Assembly (NCBI GenBank): GCA_018056705.1
Contig: JAGPFE010000015.1
Location: 2,701 to 66,700, forward strand
Reading direction: 5' to 3'
From: Candidatus Hydrogenedentota bacterium
Lineage (GTDB): Bacteria > Hydrogenedentota > Hydrogenedentia > Hydrogenedentales > CAITNO01
DNA: 64,000 nucleotides
Part shown: piece after piece, positions 32,308 through 43,378 of the stretch
How the letters are laid out: the number at the start of each line of letters is the position of its first letter
Position numbering within the stretch: the first letter of the stretch is position 1
The notes under the pieces: model-generated
Database searches by the model: none
Seen by the model: the letters and a program-made list of their open reading frames with translations, nothing else
What the model was told of the DNA's origin: nothing
Made by a program: the position numbers and the translations under genes

Positions 32308-34191
32308 TTACTCCTTCGGCAGCAACCGGTAGTTCCAGCGGCGATTGGGCGCGCTGTCTCCATGAACGCCCAGCACGGAAACATCGCCGTATTCAGGTAT
32401 GTTATCCGCCCAGTGGAAATCGAAACAGGGGGCGCCGCGGTCCATGCCGATCCGTTTCCGGGGAATGGCCAGTTCCAGACCTCGTTCTCCCAGGGCCATT
32501 CTGGCTGTCCCCACGGTTTGCCAGGCGTTGTTTTCCCATTTTTTGACGGTGGTTTCCGTAACCCCCAGAATTTCGTCGTTGATCACGTAATCATAGCCCA
32601 GCCAGCCCGTACCGGCCTGCTGATCCGTGTCCAGTAGCAGCAACATCCAGTGTGGATCCGTGGGTGGAGATATGTTGTTGCTTGTTTCAACGTAAAAATA
32701 AACGTTTTCATCGTCATAAGTGGATTTACAATTGATTATGTCGTTTCTTCCTGTTTCGTCACGGTATGTGAGCGAGCCATATCCCGGGTGGTTGCGATGA
32801 ATAATGTCACCGATGGTATCCCGGTACTCAGGGGTGACGGCACCCCAGTCTTCGAAGGATCCGTCCACGGTGATGGTATGGGGGCCATTACTCCGGGGAA
32901 GGGGACGGGCTCCCTTGAACCGCCTGATCCACGAAGCCAACTGGTAATAATAATTATCCGTGTGTCCGCCCCGCATGGGCTCACAGTCCCGGCTGTATTC
33001 CTGGGTGTACTCGTCAACGAACAGGCCACCCGGATAGTAGCATTCCTCCGCGTGGTAACCATTCCATTTCTGGTACCGGCCGGCAATCCACTCATTCCAT
33101 CCCGTAACAAACACGAAAGTTGGATCTACCTCTAGTGCTCGACGCCACTGTTCTTCGAAGTTGAAGCCCCACAGCACGGCGTCGGGACGGCTGTCTTTTG
33201 CTCCATTGTGCCAACTGCGGCCCATGGCACCCCGTCGGTGGCTCATGGGAGCGGGCCCGGGGGTGCCGGGCAGGGCGTTCTGGGCCACGCCGACGCTCAT
33301 CTGTTCGGGATTGCCCGACGCGTCGCGGAAAACGTGCTGGGGGTATACCTCGAGCCAGCTCCACTGGTTGGGCCCGGAAGGGCCCTTCCAGTAATCCGGC
33401 ATGGGTTTGCGGAAAGTGAAGAAATTCCGGATTTCTGGATCATCGGTCACGCTTGGATCCGCCAGGATCAGCGGCTTGCCTTCCCAGGTGAACCAGAGCT
33501 CCCGCCAGCGTCCCGGTTTATAGAGGTCGTTCCACAACTGGTTGAACACCGAGGCAACGTCACCGCCGAAGGGGCAGATGAAGGCGATACGCGGCGTGGC
33601 ATTACCTTCCTGTCGCATGGCTTCAAATTCCCGGCACAAGGCTTCATACTGGTCTTTCCAGGTAGCCGGGGGATTGGTGGTATCGAAGAAGATGGCATCT
33701 ACCCCGGCGTCCGCCAGCATGCTGGCGTGTTTCCGGATGACGAACGGGTCGGTCATCAGGTAGTAGCCCAGTTCCGGTTCGCCCCAGTGATACGGGGCGT
33801 CATTGTTCGGCCAGTCGATCGGCGTGCCGGGCGGGGTTTCCCCAATGATTTTCGTGACATCGTTCGGCCCCCCTCGCCGGGGAATATGCCAGGTCCAGTA
33901 AAAAATCCCTACCCACTTATCCGGGCGGGGCGGTCCCACCTGTTCGGATTCAGCATCTTGGCGCTGGCTACGGTTCTCGTTGTTTTGGACAGGCATCGAA
34001 CTGTCGGATTGGTCATTGACCGGGACTTTTCTGCCCAGGGCGTCCGTGGCGACCCATGTGTCGGCATAAAGATCCCGGACTGGGACGGCAGCCCGTACCC
34101 CTGTTGTGACTTCAGGCTGGGCCAGGGTTATCCAACTGGTGCAGAGCATGCCCAAGGTACCAGCGCGGAGGAGCCATGTTTTGCCGTTCAT
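32308..34191 (-). CDS. Secreted glycoside-hydrolase-like protein (TIM-barrel family not resolved) with C-terminal beta-sandwich domain
   Basis: Start at MNGKTWLLRAGTLGMLCTSWITLAQ (signal peptide), ATGA-overlapping the lepB stop. Central region YHWGEPELGYYLMTDPFVIRKHASMLADAGVDAIFFDTTN resembles GH-like TIM barrels. Confidence 0.5.
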   Translation of the reverse strand: MNGKTWLLRAGTLGMLCTSWITLAQPEVTTGVRAAVPVRDLYADTWVATDALGRKVPVNDQSDSSMPVQNNENRSQRQDAESEQVGPPRPDKWVGIFYWTWHIPRRGGPNDVTKIIGETPPGTPIDWPNNDAPYHWGEPELGYYLMTDPFVIRKHASMLADAGVDAIFFDTTNPPATWKDQYEALCREFEAMRQEGNATPRIAFICPFGGDVASVFNQLWNDLYKPGRWRELWFTWEGKPLILADPSVTDDPEIRNFFTFRKPMPDYWKGPSGPNQWSWLEVYPQHVFRDASGNPEQMSVGVAQNALPGTPGPAPMSHRRGAMGRSWHNGAKDSRPDAVLWGFNFEEQWRRALEVDPTFVFVTGWNEWIAGRYQKWNGYHAEECYYPGGLFVDEYTQEYSRDCEPMRGGHTDNYYYQLASWIRRFKGARPLPRSNGPHTITVDGSFEDWGAVTPEYRDTIGDIIHRNHPGYGSLTYRDETGRNDIINCKSTYDDENVYFYVETSNNISPPTDPHWMLLLLDTDQQAGTGWLGYDYVINDEILGVTETTVKKWENNAWQTVGTARMALGERGLELAIPRKRIGMDRGAPCFDFHWADNIPEYGDVSVLGVHGDSAPNRRWNYRLLPKE

Positions 34192-35270
34192 GTGGAGCCC
34201 TCTCGGTGATCGGGGTCGTCCGTGACAATGTGATGCCAGATCGCGTGTCGTCGTCGAAGCCACGAGATGATCTCGTGGAGGAACCAGGCTGCGAGAAATC
34301 CCGTGGCTACCAGGGTGAGGATCAACCCGGGTGATTCGAGGGGGGACGGGACCAGCAGGCGGAAAGTGAAAGGCGGGCGCCATACCAGGACCGCGCGGCC
34401 AAACACGTCGGCCTGGGGGGTGAATCCCCAGACCCGTCCATCGACACTCTCCGACGAATTGTCACCCAGCAGGAAACAGGCGTTCTCGGGTACGAGGGTA
34501 AACAAGGGCGAAGGGATCAGGCCATACCGGGGAGGAGGCACTTCACGCGCTATCAGGTGGCGCAGGGTATTGCGCGCGGCCGGCGAAAGAGATTCGCATA
34601 AACCGCGACAGGCGTCAGACAATTCCGGGGCGTCTGGCTCGCACCGCAGGGCGTCCCCGTGCGCCATTTCCATGGCCTGTCGCAACGCCTGGACGGGGGG
34701 ATGCTCGGGATTCAGGATATCCGGCAGGCGGTTTTCTCGGGCCAGGGCCAGAAAAGCCCGGCAGACGGCCTCGTCGTCTGGCTGAAGGTGATCAGTGTAC
34801 ACGATGGGCCTGCCTTTCTCATCCCGCGTGACTACTTGCTTTCCGTCAATCCACAGGGTGCCGTCCTGGATTCGTACCTGCTCGCCGCCTGTCGCGGCCA
34901 CGCGCTTGATCTGAACGGGCCGGGCGGAATCGTGGCGGCGAAAGAACACGACGATCTCACCCCGGCGAGGTTGCCGCCATCGGATCAGCCAGTGACTGGT
35001 CCCGGGCAGGCGGATGCCATAGGTGATCTTGTCCACCAGGACGTGGTCTCCCCGGAAGAATCGGGGATCACCCCGCAACAGCGGTTCCATGGAATTGGTG
35101 GGGATGAGGTAATGGTCGGCGATGACCGCCTTGAACAGGAGCACGCCCCCGATGAGCAGCAACCACCCCGCCAGTGTGCCGGCCAGGTGTTTGCTACCGG
35201 GATTCGCGACACTTTTACCGGCCCGGGCGGCTTCAGAAAGAGGGGATTGTTCCATGGAGGCGTCGGGCAA
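34188..35270 (-). CDS. lepB: Signal peptidase I with large inserted domain
   Basis: N-terminal TM. Box B SMEPLL, box C GDHVLVDK, box E GDNSSESVDGRVWG. About 120-aa insertion between boxes D and E. Confidence 0.8.
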   Translation of the reverse strand: MPDASMEQSPLSEAARAGKSVANPGSKHLAGTLAGWLLLIGGVLLFKAVIADHYLIPTNSMEPLLRGDPRFFRGDHVLVDKITYGIRLPGTSHWLIRWRQPRRGEIVVFFRRHDSARPVQIKRVAATGGEQVRIQDGTLWIDGKQVVTRDEKGRPIVYTDHLQPDDEAVCRAFLALARENRLPDILNPEHPPVQALRQAMEMAHGDALRCEPDAPELSDACRGLCESLSPAARNTLRHLIAREVPPPRYGLIPSPLFTLVPENACFLLGDNSSESVDGRVWGFTPQADVFGRAVLVWRPPFTFRLLVPSPLESPGLILTLVATGFLAAWFLHEIISWLRRRHAIWHHIVTDDPDHREGST

Positions 35271-35283
35271 AGGATGGTCCTCG

Positions 35284-37092
<1,809 letters not shown>

Positions 37093-37101
37093 ATGATTTC
37101 C

Positions 37102-37830
37102 TCATGTTCGTCGTCCGGGCGCGAGCATCTGGGCCAGAACGCGTACCGCCCCCAGGTCCCGGTTCACGTGCGCGCCCGCGTACCACGCCAGCGCGCGCAG
37201 GCAGGCCATGCCGGTTTCGGCACCGATCCCGGTTTCGCCACGGGCGAGGGCCGCCAGGGCCACCGCGGTTTCCGGATCCAGGGGCAGGCCCTGGTTTCCC
37301 TGACTGAGGCCCGTTTCCATGTCGAGGCATCGCGCCTGTTCCGGGGGCGCGCCCGTGTCGGCGCAACAGTCCAGGACCGGCGTGATGCCCGCCGTGCCGA
37401 TCAGCCGCCAGAGCCACAGGGCGGTTGCCGCCGGCAGTTCAGACGCTCCGCGTGCGGCGAGATCGTTGAGTCCGTTTTCCAGTTCATCGTGCAGGGCTTC
37501 CGTTTCTCCCGCTTCGCCAAGGGCCAGGGCGGCTTCGCCCAGGACCGCCGCGCAGGCCATCCGGATGGGGTCGGCCCGGAGAGCCCGCCGCCAGTCCAGC
37601 AGGGTAGCCCCCGTGAGGGTCTGCACGGACCGGCTGTCGCGAAAAGTGAACAGGCACTCCACGCGGTTCAGCGTGTCCAGCACACCGGACAGGCTGCCGA
37701 TGCCGCGTCGCATGCCCCGGGCCATGCAGGCCACCAGGCCGTGATTCCGGGTAAGCACCGTCACGATGGCGCTGCTGTCGCCGTAATCCACCCTGCGAAG
37801 GACAATCCCTTCTTCCCGAACTGGATGCAT
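37102..37830 (-). CDS. recO: DNA repair protein RecO
   Basis: EGIVLRRVDYGDSSAIVTVLTRNHG is an N-terminal OB-fold signature. 242 aa. Confidence 0.75.
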   Translation of the reverse strand: MHPVREEGIVLRRVDYGDSSAIVTVLTRNHGLVACMARGMRRGIGSLSGVLDTLNRVECLFTFRDSRSVQTLTGATLLDWRRALRADPIRMACAAVLGEAALALGEAGETEALHDELENGLNDLAARGASELPAATALWLWRLIGTAGITPVLDCCADTGAPPEQARCLDMETGLSQGNQGLPLDPETAVALAALARGETGIGAETGMACLRALAWYAGAHVNRDLGAVRVLAQMLAPGRRT

Positions 37831-37935
37831 GTACTATCCCTCGAGGAATGGAAACGCTCCCGCAACGTTGGGAGATATGATACCATAGCCACGGGATGGC
37901 CGCTTACCGGCCGCGGCGATGGAAAGGGTCTTGTC

Positions 37936-38820
37936 ATGCGCGGGATCATGATCTTTGCGATCTGTTGTGGTGCGGGTATCGTGGCGGGTGCGGACGACGC
38001 GCTGACCGCCGGTCCGCCCCAGGAAATCGGAAGGGATTACCAATTCACGGAAGGCCCCCTGTGGCTTGGGGCTGAAGGTCTGGTTTTCAGTGATATTCCC
38101 GCCGATACGATTTACCGCGGGAACGGAGACGTATATCGCCGTCCCAGTGGCGGGTCCAATGGTCTCGCCCTGGATCCCCAGGGCCGGTTGCTCGCCTGTG
38201 AACATAACAACCGTCGGGTTACGCGCACGGAAAAGGATGGTGCCATCACCGTGCTGGCGGACCGCTACGAGGGTAAGCGACTGAACAGTCCGAACGATCT
38301 TGTGGTCCGTTCCGACGGCACGATCTATTTCACGGATCCGCCTTACGGCCTGCCGAAAGGGCTGCAGGACCCGGCGGCCGAACTGGATTTCAGCGGGGTG
38401 TACACCATAGGCCCCGATGGAAAACTCGGGCTGGTGGCCAGGGATTTCATCAAGCCGAACGGTATCGGGCTTTCTCCGGACGAGCGACGGTTATACGTGG
38501 CGGACACGGACGGGAATCACATCCGGGTGTTCGACTTGACCCCGGATGGCCAGGTAAGCGGGGGAAAGGTCTGGTACGAACTGCCTCACCCGGATGGTAT
38601 GGCCGTGGACAGCACTGGAAGGATATGGTGCACGGCCGGAGATGGCGTGCACGTGGTCAATCCTGACGGCAGCCGCGCGGGCGTCGTCCGGATTCCGTTG
38701 CCCCCGGCCAACTGCGCGTTCGGCGGCCTGGACCTCAAGACGTTGTATGTAACGGCCCGGACAAAGGTGTTTGCCGTTCCGGTGAAAGTGCCCGGGCTGG
38801 AGACTCCCGTCCGCAAGTGA
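37936..38820 (+). CDS. Secreted SMP-30/gluconolactonase/LRE-family beta-propeller protein
   Basis: ATG at 37936 with signal peptide MRGIMIFAICCGAGIVAGA. EGPLWL, RLNSPNDLVV and PNGIGLSPD propeller motifs. The upstream part of ORF 36751..38820 is antisense to lepA/recO and was discarded. Confidence 0.7.
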   Translation: MRGIMIFAICCGAGIVAGADDALTAGPPQEIGRDYQFTEGPLWLGAEGLVFSDIPADTIYRGNGDVYRRPSGGSNGLALDPQGRLLACEHNNRRVTRTEKDGAITVLADRYEGKRLNSPNDLVVRSDGTIYFTDPPYGLPKGLQDPAAELDFSGVYTIGPDGKLGLVARDFIKPNGIGLSPDERRLYVADTDGNHIRVFDLTPDGQVSGGKVWYELPHPDGMAVDSTGRIWCTAGDGVHVVNPDGSRAGVVRIPLPPANCAFGGLDLKTLYVTARTKVFAVPVKVPGLETPVRK

Positions 38821-38903
38821 CCGTAGCGGGCGCGCGCCCGCGGTCCCTGAAATGGCACGCCACCGGTCCATAAAAGAACCGGCGGCGTTTCATCGTGACG
38901 GGA

Positions 38904-41030
38904 TCAGTTCTGGACTTCTTCCGTGGCGGGAGCGGTGACTTCTTCGAAGGGCACTTCCTGCTGTTCCGGCTCGGGGGTCGGCAACACCACCTCTACCATG
39001 CACCGGTCGCCATCGCAATAGAGGTCCTGGGCCTCGTCAGTGTTGATGGCTTCGAAGTCGATAGGTTTCAGGCGGGACACGGACTGTTCGTAGACTTCTC
39101 GGGTAATTTCCTGGTAAGGAGCCTGGGGATAGTTGTGTTCCCGCAGGGGCAGGAAGCTGATGGACTTCAGCCGGGTCTCGTACAGTTCCAGAATGTAGGG
39201 GATGTCCCGGGCTTCCTCGGGCCTGAACGTGATGGTCGCGCTGACCTGGTTGTCCGCCCAGTAATACTGGATCTGGGCCACATTTTCCACCTGTTCCCAC
39301 ACCGAAACTTCGGACTTGGAGCGGCGGAAATACTTCTCCTTGACGGGGAAATACACCACCCACGTGTTGTCGCCGTATACCGATTCCTCGATGCGGTACC
39401 CCGCGCGTCGCAGGGGCTCGATCAGCGGACTGGTTTTATCAATGCGGATGGTCCGATAGTAGTACTGGGAGTGGGGATAATGAATGCCAGGCGTGACGCC
39501 GGGCAGCAGGGACACCGTGCCGCTGGGCTTGACGCTGGTCTTCTTGATGCTTTCGGGCACGCACAGCCACTGCGAGTAAATCCGATCCAGTTTACAGATG
39601 TACTGGTACCCCTCGTCACACCACCGGAAATGCTGGCGCCGCCCATGGCGCTCGAAACTTTCCACGATGCCGGACTGGCTCAGGCCGATGCGACGGTTCC
39701 TCAGCATGATGGCATTCGTGCGTTCGATGTGGGTGGGGATGAGCGTGACGGTCTTGGCGTAGAGATACGCGAACTTCAGGGTACGCAGGTACTCTTCCAG
39801 GGTGGCGTGGCGAGAAGGGAAAGTTTCCACGAGGTTACAGATTTCGTAAGACTCCAGGCTCTGTTCCGCGCAGGGGTTGGTGCCCGCGACCTTGGCGTCG
39901 GCCCAGGTGGGGCCATCCTTCATGCGGCCATAGGCCCGGGCGTTGTCCAGCCAGAAATATCCCGGTTCACCATTCTTGGCGGTCTGGCCACCCGCCCGGG
40001 CGTAGTCCATGCCTTCCCGGGCAATGACGCTGTTGTTGGATGCCCACCGCCACGCCATGAGTTCTTCCTTGTGCAGCACCGGGTCTTTCAGTTGCAGGTA
40101 CTCGTCATCGTCCGGATGTCCCAGGGCAAGTTCAGCCGTACGACGCACGCCGCCCGAGACCACGCATTTACCGATGATGTTCATCAGGTCCGTGATGATG
40201 GAAGAGGTGATCCGCTGTCCCGCGCAACGGCTGAGGACCTTGTCGATGTTATTGACGCACTCGATGAGGGGCGCGGGCCCCGGGGCGATGCCGCCGAAGG
40301 TGCGGATGGGCGAACCCATGGGACGGATCCGGCTGAAGTCGATGTGGGCCGGTCTCCGGGCCTTGCCGACGTAAGCGTTGAGGATCACGCGGATCAGGTC
40401 GGTCCAGCCTTCCTTGCTGTCTTCCACCACGTGGGTATACTCGCCCACCTGGGGCACGCAAATGGTTACCTTGCCGGCTCCCTTGGTGTCAAAAGCCACC
40501 CCGGTGCCCAGCATGGACAAGTCCATCAGGAAACAGAAGGGTTCCGCGAAATCGGTGTCGATTTCCTCGGTGGACACGAAAGCGCAGTTATTCAAGGCAG
40601 CGGACCCCCGCTGATAAATGTAATCCGTGCCCATCATCCACAGGCCGCGGCCGGGGGGAAGGAACTTGAAGTCCCACATCAGGCGGAACATTTCCTGGGC
40701 GGAACGCTGGGCTTTCTCCGGCTTCCAGGGGAGTTTCAGGTTGAGGCAGTGATTCAACTGGATGGTGTAGCAGCCTTCGACCACGCGCCGCAGGGTTTCC
40801 CAGTATTCCTCCGTGCGCCCGTTTTCACCGATCGGCCGCGCGTAGGTTCGTTTAAAAGTAATGTACCCCAGCGGTCCCCAGTCCGGCTGGCGTCCCTTGT
40901 ACTGTTCGAGGAATTGTTCGGAAAGGATAAACCGTTCCCGCACGTTAAACAACATCTGTGGAACCTCCTGTTTTCCTTTTTCTGATTTTCCCTGTAGTAC
41001 GCGCGCCTTGTTTCCGCGACGCGTGTTCAT
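38904..41030 (-). CDS. Ribonucleotide reductase-like protein, probably class II (adenosylcobalamin-dependent)
   Basis: 708 aa. GTNPCAEQSLESYEICNLV matches the RNR thiyl-radical loop and CNL pattern. C-terminal Cys pair CDGDRC. No glycyl-radical tail and no adjacent small subunit. Confidence 0.55.
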   Translation of the reverse strand: MNTRRGNKARVLQGKSEKGKQEVPQMLFNVRERFILSEQFLEQYKGRQPDWGPLGYITFKRTYARPIGENGRTEEYWETLRRVVEGCYTIQLNHCLNLKLPWKPEKAQRSAQEMFRLMWDFKFLPPGRGLWMMGTDYIYQRGSAALNNCAFVSTEEIDTDFAEPFCFLMDLSMLGTGVAFDTKGAGKVTICVPQVGEYTHVVEDSKEGWTDLIRVILNAYVGKARRPAHIDFSRIRPMGSPIRTFGGIAPGPAPLIECVNNIDKVLSRCAGQRITSSIITDLMNIIGKCVVSGGVRRTAELALGHPDDDEYLQLKDPVLHKEELMAWRWASNNSVIAREGMDYARAGGQTAKNGEPGYFWLDNARAYGRMKDGPTWADAKVAGTNPCAEQSLESYEICNLVETFPSRHATLEEYLRTLKFAYLYAKTVTLIPTHIERTNAIMLRNRRIGLSQSGIVESFERHGRRQHFRWCDEGYQYICKLDRIYSQWLCVPESIKKTSVKPSGTVSLLPGVTPGIHYPHSQYYYRTIRIDKTSPLIEPLRRAGYRIEESVYGDNTWVVYFPVKEKYFRRSKSEVSVWEQVENVAQIQYYWADNQVSATITFRPEEARDIPYILELYETRLKSISFLPLREHNYPQAPYQEITREVYEQSVSRLKPIDFEAINTDEAQDLYCDGDRCMVEVVLPTPEPEQQEVPFEEVTAPATEEVQN

Positions 41031-41882
41031 TCATACCTTCTTGTTCGGGGTTTTGACCCAGAGCAGGCCATCCACCATCTCCACCGTGTAGTCGGCGAAG
41101 ACGTTGGGATACCGTTCGCGTACCTGTTCGAAAACCTGGCCGAACAGGTACCGGATTTCCTCTTCGGCATGGGGATCCGTCCGGGTTTCGATCACGTGAC
41201 GGAGGGCCCGGAAATTGCAGGACCAGCCTATGGTGGTGGCCAGGCCGATCGGGGCCAAGCGCCGGAACGCCGAGGTGAGTTTTTTCTTGAGGTCGAAATG
41301 CTCGGCCTTGTCGATCTGAAACAGTTCGGCCAGTTCGCGCTGCAACGTTTCCAGTTGTTCCATGGTCCGCACGAAAATTTCCATGCCGGCCTCGTTTTCG
41401 CGAATGTGGGTGGGAATGTAAGCCGACAGGCTGTCCAGCCGCACGAAACGGAGGGACTCTTGAGAAATGGCCGTGCCCTGGCGGTGGCGTACCAGTTCGT
41501 GGGTAACCACCCGGCTGACATCGGCAAAAATGAAATTGACCGTGCCATGTTCGAGCACGCTGCCATGTCCCACGCGGACGATGTTGGCGAGGTAGGGCGC
41601 GTTACCCTCGCGGACCCGGGTCACGTTGGGATTGAGTCCCGGTTCGAAGGACCGGTAACAGAGGCGCCCCATGACCTCGCACAGGGCTTCCGCGTCTGTT
41701 GGCGCGTCGGTTTGCCAGTCCGGAGCCCCCACGTGCCGCAGGTATTCCCGCAACCCTGATTCCACGATTCTGGTCTCACCAACCAGGAAAACGCTTGGCT
41801 TTACTGTTCTCATGCTCTCGTCTCCCGCGGGGGAGATTATGAGAAAAGATTCCGATAAAGTCAAGCTTTTTGTTTGAATCAT
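41031..41882 (-). CDS. thyX: Flavin-dependent thymidylate synthase
   Basis: ThyX RHRx7S motif in HELVRHRQGTAISQES. 283 aa. Confidence 0.9.
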   Translation of the reverse strand: MIQTKSLTLSESFLIISPAGDESMRTVKPSVFLVGETRIVESGLREYLRHVGAPDWQTDAPTDAEALCEVMGRLCYRSFEPGLNPNVTRVREGNAPYLANIVRVGHGSVLEHGTVNFIFADVSRVVTHELVRHRQGTAISQESLRFVRLDSLSAYIPTHIRENEAGMEIFVRTMEQLETLQRELAELFQIDKAEHFDLKKKLTSAFRRLAPIGLATTIGWSCNFRALRHVIETRTDPHAEEEIRYLFGQVFEQVRERYPNVFADYTVEMVDGLLWVKTPNKKV

Positions 41883-41934
41883 TTTTAGTATTATTCACAC
41901 AACAATTTTTGCCTGAAAAAACAGAGTTTATTCA

Positions 41935-42245
41935 ATATATAGTATTTAATTTTATAATCAAATCAATTTGTAGCATGGCATGAAAATACCGGGTTACATG
42001 GGGTGAAATCAGGTCATGGTGGGCCAGAAGGAGGGAAATGGGACCTGATTAAGCCGGGTGGCCCGCTGGGATGTCGTTACCATGGGGGTCTGCCGCTTGG
42101 ACCGTTTTTTTTCCAGAAGACCTTGCAGGCTGACAGCCTGAAACTTGCCCGGAAACTGCCAGGCGCGTCCAATTCATAAAGAGCGATTCATACGGGACTT
42201 TTTAAACAATATAATGATTAGATTATAAAATTAAATACTTTATAT
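41935..42245. repeat. AT-rich ~310-bp element bounded by 25-bp inverted repeats (ATATATAGTATTTAATTTTATAATC / GATTATAAAATTAAATACTTTATAT)
   Basis: The two arms match at 23/25 positions. The GC-richer interior (41990-42112) ends in a T8 run on the plus strand. No credible ORF inside. Confidence 0.45.
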
Positions 42246-42462
42246 GGTATAAAATTTCAGAAAACAGGAAAACTTCGATACATGGTAGAACGCCGGATTT
42301 CGGAGCAGTTCTTGCGTTCGAGCGCAAGTTTTCGCTGTAAGTACTGAGTGATGTCGCGCTTTTCATGGGGAACGGTGTTTCTTGCAAGGGTGGACAACGT
42401 TCATGACGGCCAGTAAGCAGTAGGGGGAGCACATTTTCCTGGTAAGGGGGAATTCACGCTGA

Positions 42463-42753
42463 GATTTCTCCTCACTTCGTTCGTCGAAATGACATGATGT
42501 TGAGGTTCGTCGGAATGACATGATGTTGAGCGTTCGTCGGAATGACAGGGTGGTGGTCGTTCGTCGAGATGACAAAGTGTTGCTTGTTTCTCGAAATGAC
42601 AGGATGTTGAAGCGTCGTACTACTTGTTTTGTGGTTCTCCTTGAGTTTTTGCCGTTCGTAACAAACCGTTCATTCGACGCAGCCTTGTTATTTCCAATCT
42701 TGCATGCCCTTTGGACCAAAATACTGTTGTCATTTCGAGTGAAACGAGAAATC
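42463..42753. repeat. MITE-like element B: the same terminal inverted repeats as element A, five tandem ~27-bp subrepeats and a degenerate core
   Basis: Left arm GATTTCTCCTCACTTCGTTCGTCGAAATGACATG (42463-42496). Tandem TTCGTCGRAATGACAKGRTGTTGAGCG copies 42478-42615. Right arm is the reverse complement of GATTTCTCGTTTCACTCGAAATGACAAC (42726-42753). Confidence 0.6.
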
Positions 42754-42937
42754 TTCACCTTTCCGCCTCGAATCCATCCATCAAGATACCAACGCACAAA
42801 CGACATGTTTTTCTTTTCCAGCCGCCAATTTATTTCGTTCTAGGGAATGGCCGCGCGAATATTCGTTGATATTCACTGTAAACATTTTTTGTTAATGAAC
42901 TATTTTTATACTTATACATATTTTAATCAAAGTATTA

Positions 42938-43375
42938 ATGATAAATCATTTACTCTTGGCCGCTTTTATCGGTGAGACGTCGTGTGTTAGCATTTTTCCC
43001 ATGACGTCCGCTCGAAAAAAGGGTAAGCCATCCCGCTGGAGCCTGTATGAACCACCCCGGGTGGCTCCTTTTTTTCAGGAAGGCGGGCCACCACGGCAAC
43101 TGGTCCGGGAACCGGCCCCCCTGGCCCTGCTGGGGGCGTCGGCGAGTGTCTTCATTGGCGTAGTGATTTTGACGTTGCTTTCCCTGGCCGGGGTGGCGCT
43201 GGATCCGATCCGGGTTATTACCGGGCTGGCGCTGACGTTCCTGGTCGCGTACACGAGCGTGGGGTTTCTGGCCTGGTACGTGCTCCTGGTCTGGGAACGG
43301 GAAACAGCGCGACAGGCGGAAACCTCGCCGGATCATGTTCAGGGTTCGGAACAGTCCGGATCGCGGGAAGGATGA
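42938..43375 (+). CDS. Small hypothetical membrane protein (2-3 TM helices)
   Basis: 145-aa ORF with hydrophobic segments ALLGASASVFIGVVILTLLSLAGVAL and GLALTFLVAYTSVGFLAWYVLLV. Translationally coupled to the next gene. True start uncertain (AT-rich 5' end). Confidence 0.4.
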   Translation: MINHLLLAAFIGETSCVSIFPMTSARKKGKPSRWSLYEPPRVAPFFQEGGPPRQLVREPAPLALLGASASVFIGVVILTLLSLAGVALDPIRVITGLALTFLVAYTSVGFLAWYVLLVWERETARQAETSPDHVQGSEQSGSREG

Positions 43376-43378
43376 ATC

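Noticed and set aside
42000-42060. CAGGUCA...CC-AGAA-GG motif resembling SRP RNA domain IV (ffh is in this window)
   Set aside because: The match is only a few nucleotides. The tetraloop is not GNRA. The expected 5'/3' terminal helix and GC-rich ~100-nt body are not evident. Kept only as a remark inside the island finding.
42478-42615. Five ~27-bp direct repeats, considered as a CRISPR array
   Set aside because: Repeats are contiguous head-to-tail with no unique spacers. No cas genes anywhere in the window. The unit is part of the MITE-like element.
42363-42806. 147-aa minus-strand ORF with internal LSFRRT repeats
   Set aside because: It is the translation of the DNA tandem repeats of MITE element B. 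AT-rich, no RBS. Repetitive peptide is an artefact.
41883-42937. AT-rich island considered as chromosomal origin (oriC)
   Set aside because: Only one DnaA-box-like 9-mer (TTATTCACA near 41891). No cluster of boxes, no 13-mer DUE repeats, and no dnaA/dnaN/gyrB nearby.
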